A stretch of DNA of 64,000 bases from Octopus sinensis (lineage: Eukaryota), in NCBI RefSeq assembly GCF_006345805.1, contig NC_042999.1:123938001-124002000 (forward strand). Direction: 5' to 3'. Of the stretch, positions 53,613 through 64,000 are shown piece after piece. The notes beneath the pieces are model-generated. The model was given only the letters and a program-made list of their open reading frames with translations, ran no database searches and had not been told where the DNA came from. Position numbers and translations under genes: made by a program. Within the stretch, counting starts at the first letter, position 1, and every line of letters begins with the position of its first letter.

Positions 53613-54448
53613 TCTTTATATATAAAAGAAAGGTTGTGTGTCTGTCTACTCCGATTTAGATTCCTAACTACTCCCACATTTTGCGATGCAGTTTAACCAA
53701 AACCGAGTATCTTATAGTCGTGATTCATATCGAGCCCTTCTGGGTATTAGCGCGCGTCTACGATGAGTCTACGATTGTACAAATAATTTACCATCATTTT
53801 TTCCCATTTTAATGCATTTTTTAAAATTAAGGGAAGTAACTCTCAAACTTCACACCAATATGCGTGCTCATATGCGACGTAATATCACATCAGCAGCATT
53901 TCCTCACACCCTCATTGCACTTGGCGAAGGCAAAATACCAGGGGATGAAAATGGTAATATTGCCATCGATTCCATTTGTACCATTGTTAAGACGCCTTCT
54001 GATGCAGTGTTCCAAGATCTACAAGCTAATTATCAGAATATGGATTGGATTGGCAAAAAGGCTATACTGGCCCCGAGGAATAAAACTGTTCACCATATTA
54101 ATGATGAAATGCTAAAACTCATTCCTGGGGAAGTCTATGTATATCAGTCTATCGATACAACTCCTGACCCAGAGGACGTCATCAACTATCCAATAGAGGT
54201 ACTCAATTCCTTTGAGCACCCCGGACTACCACCACACATTCTCAAACTTAAAGTTGGTGCCCCTATAATGCTCATCAGAAATTTGGTTCCCCCAAAACAA
54301 TGCAATGGCACACGTTTGATCGTTAAGTCCTTATCTCCCAGCGTAAACTTATATCAATATTTGCCTGAATAATCATCATCATTCAGTGCAATCATTAACA
54401 GTACTTTCAAGTAATTCAGTCCCGAGCAACGCCGGGCAATTCTGCTAG
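53613..54448 (+). mobile_element. Inner Helitron module (own TC 5' end, helicase fragment, hairpin-CTAG 3' end)
   Basis: A|TCTTTATATATAAAAG. The first ~200 bp match the 5' end of 63458-63969. Confidence 0.88.
53846..54345 (+). pseudogene. Fragment of Helitron RepHel PIF1-like helicase
   Basis: NMRA...LGEG...AILAPRN...IN...SID...YPIEVLNS..PGLPPHILKLKVGAPIMLIRNL...CNGTRL are standard Helitron helicase motifs. No Rep domain or Walker A motif is present. Confidence 0.9.
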
Positions 54449-54542
54449 TGATGATATATATGCATGTATATACACACACATATATATACACACAAACATA
54501 CATACATACATAAATATATACATACACATATATGTATGTATG

Positions 54543-54574
<32 letters not shown>

Positions 54575-54595
54575 TGTATGTTTGTATGTATGTAG

Positions 54596-54639
<44 letters not shown>

Positions 54640-54649
<10 letters not shown>

Positions 54650-54992
54650 ATGTGTATGCTTGTGTGGAAGAGGTAGATCCAGAAAGATGTTGAATGCAGT
54701 GGTGAAATATGGTCTTTGGTCATGATGATAAATGACCAAGACTTCTGGTGACTTGTTGTGCTTGAGAGGACACATCAATCTAAGTGAAATCATGGTCATG
54801 CCCAGTGCCAGTGACATGTAAAAGACATCCAGTACACTCTGTAAAGTGGTTGGTATTAAGAAAGGCATCCAGCCATAGAAATGAAGCCAAAACAGATGAC
54901 TAGAGCCTGGTGCAATTCTCCAGTGTGCCAGCTCTGGGTCAAGCCATTTAACCCATGCCAGCATGGAAAACGGATGTATAATGATGATGATT
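54640..54992 (+). mobile_element. RTE-clade 3' fragment
   Basis: [14 protein letters not shown] relic, conserved 3' UTR and ATGATGATGA tail. Confidence 0.75.
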
Positions 54993-55004
54993 TATACATA
55001 TATA

Positions 55005-55160
55005 TATGGTTTTCTTTCAGTTTTTGTCTACCAAATCCACTTACAAGACTTTGGTCAGTCCAAGACTATAGTAGAAGACTCTTGACCAAGGTGCTACACA
55101 GTGGGACAGAACCCAGAATCATGTATTTGGGAAGCAAATATCTTACCGCTCAGCCATGCT
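55005..55160 (-). mobile_element. tRNA-derived SINE 5' half
   Basis: TTCTTTCAGTTTTTGTCTACCAAATCCAC...CTTACCGCTCAGCCATGC. Confidence 0.75.
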
Positions 55161-55653
55161 GAAGAAAATTAAAGTTAGCACCAGATTCAGTCAAATAATC
55201 ATAACAGCCAATTTGTTTAAGAGAGATAAAGAAAAATCAAAAGCATCACAAGAGATCTTAGAAGTTATAAGCTTGTCCTTTTATCTTGATTGATTCAATT
55301 TGTTGCTTGTTTTTGTTTTCTTTCTATCATCATTTGAACTTCTAAAATGTCTGAGAGAAGACATTAGTATATTTTTACAATTTTAGCAATGTCCTTGTTC
55401 CACAAGTAGGATTTCAAGTAGGAATTGTAGGTAACTGTAGATAATTATTTGATTCATTCAGAAACCATCATTAAACAGCTTATTACAAGATCATTTTTAA
55501 TTGCATTAATGAAGTTAGAATCACAACACATAAAACAAAATAACACCCAGCCCATTCGTTATTCAATTCATTCAACTCCATCAATTTCATTTATTAGGAT
55601 TGTTGTTGTTGCTTGACTCTGGATCAGCCCTATTTGTGAAAACCATTATTATT

Positions 55654-56790
<1,137 letters not shown>

Positions 56791-57034
56791 GCAGTTTACC
56801 AAATATTCTACCATGTTTCTTCTCTCACTGTTGATGCACTCCCATATGCTAATCATCCCACGTACACCTTTACTCATCTTCATGTAGAGCCTGTGTACAT
56901 TCCCCTAAGGGTGGAAGGCACCATACATTGTCATTGTTGTTCAGGAAGTGCAATTGAGTTGGTTAATCTCCACTTGTGTCCATTTTAGGATGGATGCACC
57001 CATTATTATTGTTATTATTATTATTATTATTATT

Positions 57035-59914
57035 GCTTTTTTTTTCTTCTTTCAAATTTGCTTCCATTTCTTGCCGAGTGTCTTCCCGACTCCTTGGGCA
57101 AAGAAACTCATAGTATACATTGGTAGGCCATTAAACCAAACTCAATAGTTCGTTCATTTTTTTTTTTTTTAAAGTTAAATTAAAATACATGAGCAGCAAC
57201 AGTTCTCACATCGACAATGCTCTTCTCAATACGTGTGATGTACCAGTTAAGACAATCTTTTGCACTTCTTGCAGGGATGGTAAGCCAGGGATCATTCTCA
57301 TATAATTTTCGGTTCCCTTCTTGATCATTCCTAGTGCTCCTACGATCACTGGTATTGTAACCGCCTTGAGATGCCACATTTTCTCAATTTCAATGAGTAG
57401 GTCTTTATATTTTCTGAGCTTGTCAAACTCTTTCGCTGAGATATTATGATCACAGGGGATGCTCTTGTCGATCAATAAGCAAACTTTATTGTTTTGGTCT
57501 TTCACAACAATATCTGGTTTATTGGCCTTGATGGTTCGGTCTGTATGTACTGGAAAGTCCCACAGAATGGTTACATTTTCTCCTTCAGTTACAGCCTCAG
57601 GGTGGTGATTATACCACTTGTCGGCAGTTTTGATATTGTAATGCCGACTTATTAGCCAGTGGAGATATTGGCCAACTCTGTCATGTCTTAATTTATACTC
57701 CACTGGTGCTAAGACTTTACATCCAGAGATTAGGTAGTCCACTGTTTCAATCATGTCGTTGCAGAATCGGCATTTTGAGTCCGCACCATTTTTCATCACA
57801 TTGGCCTGGTAGTTCCGGGTTAATAGGCTTTGATCTTGAGCAGCCAGGATGAAACCTTTGCTCTCTGCTTTTAGCCCTGAGCTCCATAGCCACTGATGGG
57901 TTTGCTTCTGGTCAACATCAGCTTGTTTGCTGCGGGTCACATATTTGCCATGCAGAGGTTTCTCCTCCCACCTATCAGCCAATTGCTCGTGCGCTTTTTT
58001 CATTGCCATCATTTCCACCTTCTTTGCAACAATAGTTGCCGTACTTCCCTCGGGTTGTTCAGTTTGGGTATCCTGTACGAGATCAATAGCAAATTTTTTG
58101 CTTTCCTTTATGATAGAATGAAGCTTCTTTCGTCTCTCGTGATTTTCCATGAGCTTTAGCATCCAGTCATTCGATATTTTGAGATATTTGGCCAGTCCAA
58201 TTGTGGTTGTTTTGTAAGCTAGTTCAAATTGGATCAGGCCTCGACCTCCTTGGGCTCTGGGAAGGTAAAGACGATCTACGTCTGCCTTTGGGTGGTGCAT
58301 CCTATTACAACTCAGCAGCTTGCGTATTTTCCTATCTATATTCTTTACTACACTCATATTCCAGTTCAACACATTGTAGCTATAAGTAACAACTGGAACT
58401 GCTAAGGAATTTATAGCTAACACCTTACGTGCATTTAGTTCAGATTTCAGGACTGCACGAACTCTCCTATAACATTCCTTCCTGATCTTCTCTTTCATGC
58501 TTGCATGCTGAATACCAGAGCCTTCATTTATCCCTAAATATTTGTATGTTTGTTCTTGCTCAAGCTCTCTTATGACTGTGTCAACATCTAACACGACTGA
58601 ATTTGTGGTCTTCACTTTCCCTTTCTGGAAAGTGGCCTTGGCACACTTCTCAAGTCCAAACTCCATCCCGATGTCATCGCTGAATGCTTTCACGGTGCGC
58701 AATAGGCCTTCAAGTTCATTATTGTCTTTACCATAAAGTTTTAAGTCATCCATATAAAATAGATGGCTTATTTTTTTATTGGCAATTTTATACCCATACC
58801 CTGTTCTGTTTAATTCACTTGTAAGGGGTATTAGGGCTATGCAGAATATTAAAGGTGAAAGTGAGTCACCTTGAAAAATTCCACAGTTGATGTTTATATT
58901 TTCTGAGGCAAGTACTCCATTAGAGTGGTATAATTGGAGATTCGTATTCCACAACGACATATTGTGCTTCAGGAAGTTTGAAATCACAGGGGAAATTTTG
59001 AAGATGTCCAGCGATCTCAAGATCCATGGATGCGGTATACTGTCGAAGGCCTTTTTATAGTCAATCCATGCGGTGCTGAAATTTCTGCGCTTGTTGTGAC
59101 AGTTCTCAAGGATCATACGATTGATTAGCAGTTGATCTTTGCATCCGTAAGAGCCTCGGCGGTACCCTTTTTGTTCAATGGGGAAAATATCGTTCTTCTC
59201 CATGAATGCATATGTTTTCTCCGCCAGGATAGATGTTAGGATTTTATACGTGGTGGATAGACAGGTTATAGGCTGATAGTTTTTTGGAAGGTTGGTTTCG
59301 TTATTCTTTGGGAGTAGGTAAGTAATGCCACTTGCTAACCATTCAGGTGTTTTCTTTGGGTCTCTCATAATTCCATTGAGCAGCTGAACTAGCTTACCGT
59401 GTGCGCATGGGAGCGATGCGAGCCAGAAATGCGGCACCCTATCTTTACCGGGGGATTTCCAATTATGGGCCTTCGTGAGTGCCTTTCTTAGGTCTGCTAT
59501 TGTGATGTCTTCCCATGCTTGTTGTTGTAAATTTTGGTAGGATCCTTCAGTTTGTATAATCCAGTCTGCATTTATGTTGTACGTCTTCTTGTCACTCCAA
59601 ATCCTTTTCCAAAAGTTTTGAACTTCTTCCATGGGAGGGGGGTCTTTAACGGTTACTTTCTCCTTCCCTATTTCTCTGTAGAATTTTTTGGCATTGGATA
59701 TGAACAGCTTATTTTGCTTGTAAAACTTGTTTCTCTTCTCAAATCTTCGTATTCTTTGGGCTTTTGCTTGGACTTTTTGTTTCAGCGTTTCTTTTATAGA
59801 TATCAGTTCTTCTCTTGGTGAGGATCCAAATTTTCTCTTCATCTTTCTTCCTGTTCTGGATCTTACATCATTTCTACATATTATTTCATTTAATATTGAT
59901 ATTTCCCCTCTCAT
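57035..59914 (-). mobile_element. R4/Dong-clade non-LTR retrotransposon, 5'-truncated, inserted in (TAA)n
   Basis: Long RT-RLE ORF, ~170-bp 3' UTR, and (TAA)n at both 57002-57034 and 59917-59966. Confidence 0.9.
57206..59914 (-). CDS. Reverse transcriptase / restriction-like endonuclease ORF (902 aa, N-terminus missing)
   Basis: WKSPGKD, YQPITCL, WIDYKKAFDS, GIFQGDSLSP, YMDD, FGLEKC, YKYLG, RLYLPR..GGRGL, zinc knuckle CRFC...YLISGC (His to Tyr), RHD, KPDIVV..D..LID..P..K..KY. Confidence 0.93.
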   Translation of the reverse strand: MRGEISILNEIICRNDVRSRTGRKMKRKFGSSPREELISIKETLKQKVQAKAQRIRRFEKRNKFYKQNKLFISNAKKFYREIGKEKVTVKDPPPMEEVQNFWKRIWSDKKTYNINADWIIQTEGSYQNLQQQAWEDITIADLRKALTKAHNWKSPGKDRVPHFWLASLPCAHGKLVQLLNGIMRDPKKTPEWLASGITYLLPKNNETNLPKNYQPITCLSTTYKILTSILAEKTYAFMEKNDIFPIEQKGYRRGSYGCKDQLLINRMILENCHNKRRNFSTAWIDYKKAFDSIPHPWILRSLDIFKISPVISNFLKHNMSLWNTNLQLYHSNGVLASENININCGIFQGDSLSPLIFCIALIPLTSELNRTGYGYKIANKKISHLFYMDDLKLYGKDNNELEGLLRTVKAFSDDIGMEFGLEKCAKATFQKGKVKTTNSVVLDVDTVIRELEQEQTYKYLGINEGSGIQHASMKEKIRKECYRRVRAVLKSELNARKVLAINSLAVPVVTYSYNVLNWNMSVVKNIDRKIRKLLSCNRMHHPKADVDRLYLPRAQGGRGLIQFELAYKTTTIGLAKYLKISNDWMLKLMENHERRKKLHSIIKESKKFAIDLVQDTQTEQPEGSTATIVAKKVEMMAMKKAHEQLADRWEEKPLHGKYVTRSKQADVDQKQTHQWLWSSGLKAESKGFILAAQDQSLLTRNYQANVMKNGADSKCRFCNDMIETVDYLISGCKVLAPVEYKLRHDRVGQYLHWLISRHYNIKTADKWYNHHPEAVTEGENVTILWDFPVHTDRTIKANKPDIVVKDQNNKVCLLIDKSIPCDHNISAKEFDKLRKYKDLLIEIEKMWHLKAVTIPVIVGALGMIKKGTENYMRMIPGLPSLQEVQKIVLTGTSHVLRRALSM

Positions 59915-59916
59915 AA

Positions 59917-59950
<34 letters not shown>

Positions 59951-60894
59951 TATTATTATTATTATTAGAAAGAGATAGAAAATTCATTTTAACTATTTAT
60001 CTCTCACTCTCACTTTCTCACTATGTTTCTCTTTCTCTCTTCCTCTCTTTCTCTCTATGACTGACTCTCTTTCTCCCTCTTTCTCAGACAAAGAATCATT
60101 TAGTCATGAAACATCAGAGTTCTCTTATCCATTTTACAGTGTAATTTTTGCTAATGCAGTATGCTACCAGTTTTTCCAGGCTGTGTTTTTTGTTGTTTTT
60201 CATTTTTTTATTTATATATGAGCCACTTGTTTGGAGTTTGAAATATTAGGGCAAAACTCATCACATTAAACACGTCGACCATGGGAGTAGTAAATAAGAA
60301 TATATGTTTAGCTCAAAAGTAGTAAATATGCTGGCCATGAAAATTTAGATACTGAAAATTTGTGGATTTATAATTCAAACATCACTATATAGTCCCTTTT
60401 TAATGAGAAATAAAAGAAATTAATGCCAAATTAACTACAAAACTGAGGTGCAACAGGAAACTAGAGTTGTTTACCATTACAGTGAACTAGACTGATTTAT
60501 CATTTTCAAATCAAAACCTGCCAGAGATGAACTATGAATATCAAACTTATAGCAGACAGTATTATTTCTAGGCAAAATCTTTCTCAAATAAAGGGCATTT
60601 TTCAGCAAAATTTTTCTCAAATAAAGGGCAAAATCTTTCTCAAATAAAGAGCATTTAACACTTTAAGCTAAAACTTAAGAAACAAACTGACTGTGTTTTG
60701 TTCTTGGCAAAAGGCCAATTTTTTAAGAAGGAATGCAATGTAATCAATTGCATGACTCCCATATATAATTGATACTTATTTTATTGATTTGGTAAATAAA
60801 AATTAAAGTTAGCATTAGTAGGATTCGAACCCAAAAGGAGTATTACTCAACTCTTTCATCATCATTGTCATCATCATCGTAGTCATTGTCAATA

Positions 60895-61735
60895 GTTAGC
60901 ATCTGTTTTTCATACTGGGTTAGATGGTTTGACTGGAATTTGTAAGCCAGAGAGCTGCACCAGACTCCAGTCTTTCCTAACACCAACCACTCTCCAGATT
61001 ATACCAGGTGCTTTTAATGTATCACCAGCATGGGTTCCTTTAATATGTTACTGGCATGGGTGCCTTTAAAGTGTCACCAGTACAAGTGCCTATTACATGT
61101 CACTGACATAGGTGCCTTTAACATGTCACTGGCACAGATGCCTTCTACATGTCACTGGTGTGCCTTATATATCTCCCTAGCATAGGTGTCTGTAATATGT
61201 CACCAACATGGGTGCCTTTTATGTGACACCAGCATGGATGCCTTTTACATGTCACCATCACAGGTGCCTTTAACATGTCACCAGCACAGGTGCCTTTAAC
61301 ATGTCACCAGCACAGGTGCCTTTTTTGTGTCACTGGCATGGATACCTTTTACATGTCCCCAGCAAGGGTGCTGTTTACATGACCCCAACACAGGTCCTTT
61401 TAATGTATCACCTGCACAGGTGCCTTTATTGTGTCACTGGCATAGATGCCTTTATTGTGTCACCAACACAGGTGCTTTTAATGTGTCACCAGCACAGGTG
61501 CATTTATTGTGTCATTCACACAGGTGCCTTTATGTGTCACTGGCATGAACACAGGTGCTTTTAATGTGTCACCAGTACAAGTGCCTTTATTGTGTCACTG
61601 GCATAGGTGCCTTTTATGTGTCACTGGCATAGATGCCATTATTGTGTCACCAACACAGGTGCTTTTAATGTCACCAGCAGAAGTGCCTTTTATGTGTCAC
61701 TGGCACAGGTGCCCTTTATGTGTCACCAGCAGCTA
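60895..61735 (-). repeat. RTE-type 3' end with an expanded ~26-bp minisatellite (~28 diverged units)
   Basis: Units such as GGTGCCTTTAACATGTCACCAGCACA from about 61007 to 61732, directly continuing the element's GTGCTTTT..TGCCACC motif. Confidence 0.88.
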
Positions 61736-62509
61736 AAACAATATCAAGGAATAAGGAAAATATTTACAACTACCTTCTCTCCCCATCCAAAAGTATTTCT
61801 TCCCTCTTACAAGTATTTCTATACTAGTGGCCAAAGTTGAGGTCTTGTAATTGGATTGTAATCCTATTGAAGGCTACTATAAAATATAGTGTGTTTTAGC
61901 ATCAGCAAATTAGAGGAAACTTACTTACATGAAAAGAAAGCATAACACAACTAAAGACAAGCAGCAGAGAAAGAAAGTTAATTAAGGATTTAAACTTACT
62001 TAAATGACAACAATGAAACAAATAGTGAACAAAGTTGGACAACAACTAAAGAGTTAATAGAATTAAAACAATCAGATTCGGGCAGCTGTGCCAATTTGAT
62101 TACAATAAAGTATGAACATGTTCGAAATCAGAAGTAAGAATTTCTTTCTAGTCAAGTCAACTAACTCATTCGTTTTTGAAGATAATTCAATAAATTAACT
62201 AAATTTATATTTAAACAAATGAATTAGCTTCTTAATGTTTTGTTGAAATTTGTTGTTTTTATATCTAATTTCTTCTACGAAATTTGTAAGTGGTCCAGTT
62301 TGACACAACTATTGTCTTGAACCATTCTAATATAACTACTTTCATAGTCTATAGAGATGTAGGTATAGAAAGAATTACATCAAAAGAACTGCATCTATTA
62401 TACAGAATTTGTACCTCTTTATTCACATTGCTAATAACACTGAGAAAGGCATGAACACTACAACATTTCAGTTCTCCATTTTTTATAAGACATGCTAATA
62501 CACATCATC

Positions 62510-63085
62510 ATTATCATCTTTCAATGTCTGTTCTCCATGCTGGTATAGGCTGGACTGTCTGAAAGGAGTCGGTCAGCTTGAGGGCTGCCCAGGCTCCATG
62601 TGTCAGTTTTGGCATGGTTTCTATGGCTGGATGCCCTTCCTAACACCAACCACTTTACGGAGTGTACTGGGTGCTTTTACATGGCCCCAGCACAGGCGCT
62701 TTTAAGTGGCACCAACATCAGCACTTTACGTAGCACAAACACAGGTGCTTTTACATGGCATCAGCAGCCATGAACATGTAAGACTAGAATCTCTTAGCTG
62801 AGAGAGGGATGTAGACGACATACCTGTATGCATGGACAGCCACGATTTTACTTAGTTTGGCATGTCTTCTCAAGCATAGCAAACTACCAGAAGTTTCCGT
62901 CTCTTGTCATCTCTTCAGTGAGGCCCAACATCTTTCTCACCACTTTATGCCATGTCTTACTGGGTTTGCCCCTTCTACACATTCTCTCAACAATTAGAGA
63001 TCGGTACTTTTTGATGCAGCTGTCCTTATCCATATGCATCACATGACCATACCAGTACAGTCTTCTTTCAGTCTACACCTGATGC
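62510..63085 (-). mobile_element. RTE-clade 3' fragment
   Basis: The minus strand gives RRLYWYGHVMHMD...RGKPSKTW. The (CAT)n tail is at the left end. Confidence 0.8.
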
Positions 63086-63387
63086 ATCTTATACCCAATA
63101 TATATAACGTATATATAAGTCATGATGCATGATTTCAAGTATTCTGGTAGTGCTCATAAAAAAACCTCTTTAGTTTGTCATAGCACAAACCATATAGAGT
63201 ATATGGTAATATACATGAGGAAACAATAAGGAGAATATAAAGATATAAATAGTGGAGAAATATCATTATGAACTTTACTTAACAATAGACATTGATGTTT
63301 ATTGTTAAATAAAGTTCATAACATTTCTCCATCATTTATAGCTTTATACATATATATATATAATATATATATATAATATATATATAT

Positions 63388-63422
<35 letters not shown>

Positions 63423-63457
63423 TTATTTTTAAATTAACGATCTTACCCATATATATA

Positions 63458-63969
63458 CTAGCAGTATCGCCCGGCGTTGCTCGGGTTTGTAAGGAAATAA
63501 CTATATAAGCATTTTTAGAGAGTTACTTTCCTTATAGATGCCAATTCGGGCTTTCTTAGCCATTTCTGTTTTGGTGTCTTCAAGCCATGAAGTCGTTGTT
63601 CTAAAAGAACGCTAGTCTCCTTGACAACGCTTTACGACGTTGATTTCCTTACACTCCCTTCCCCACAGCTTCACGAGGGAGGGAAGAAGGGGGAGAAGCA
63701 AACAGGTGCAGGTGTGACCATGGACGCCAACTCCGCCACCATCGACACACGAAAAATTATACATTAAAATGGAATAAAAAATGATGTTAAATTATTTTTT
63801 AAATCGTAGACTCATCGTAGACGCGCGCTAATAGTCAGACGGGCTTGATATGAATCACGACTATAAGATACCTGAATTTGGTTAAACTGCACCGCAAAAT
63901 GTGGGAGTAGTTAGGAATCTAAATCGAAGGGGACAGACACTCACACAACTACAGTTTTATATATATAGA
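63458..63969 (-). mobile_element. Short non-autonomous Helitron (512 bp)
   Basis: Minus strand A|TCTATATATATAAAAC ... CCCGAGCAACGCCGGG-CGATACTG-CTAG|T. Termini are shared with 53613-54448. Confidence 0.9.
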
Positions 63970-64000
63970 TGTCTTCCACAAATTACCCCCAGTGCTTCTT

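Larger units (their letters stand above)
51535..54448 (+). mobile_element. Composite non-autonomous Helitron (~2.9 kb)
   Basis: 5' A|TCTCTTATTATAAAAG with a GGCAGAT/ATCTGCC hairpin. 3' hairpin CCCGAGCAACGCCGGG then CTAG|T. The flanks rejoin as a GAT repeat with no TSD. Confidence 0.7.

Noticed and set aside
57896-59978. Plus-strand ORFs overlapping the R4/Dong ORF
   Set aside because: Shadow frames antisense to a genuine coding sequence.
60570-60655. Three short direct repeats of GCAAAAT(C/T)TTTCTCAAATAAAG
   Set aside because: A local slippage duplication with no further structure.

Overview
AT-rich eukaryotic DNA with very dense microsatellites, almost all intronic or intergenic. The repeat families (tRNA-derived SINEs ending in (GAGTAAAA)n, RTE-type 3' ends ending in (GAT)n, Penelope-like fragments) look like those of Octopus; this assignment is from recognition and is unverified. 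The only long intact ORF is a 5'-truncated R4/Dong-type non-LTR retrotransposon (57206-59914, minus strand; RT plus restriction-like endonuclease) inserted in a (TAA)n tract. Three older relatives are also present. Other elements: a hAT relic, a maT/DD37D transposon, two mariner deletion derivatives sharing one breakpoint, piggyBac-type MITEs, a composite Helitron carrying a 164-bp tandem array and a helicase fragment, a sister Helitron, and Penelope-like relics. Best leads: (1) a minimal hammerhead-ribozyme-like motif with a compensatory U3-A8 core, duplicated in a foldback at about 40.1-40.3 kb, plus related motifs elsewhere; (2) a palindrome with 300-bp arms and several inverted SINE pairs that could form long dsRNA; (3) the composite Helitron; (4) small, phase-compatible candidate exons of an unidentified minus-strand gene. 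I found no rRNA, true tRNA gene or CRISPR array. Most ORFs in the supplied track are microsatellite artefacts. Boundaries of degraded repeats are approximate.
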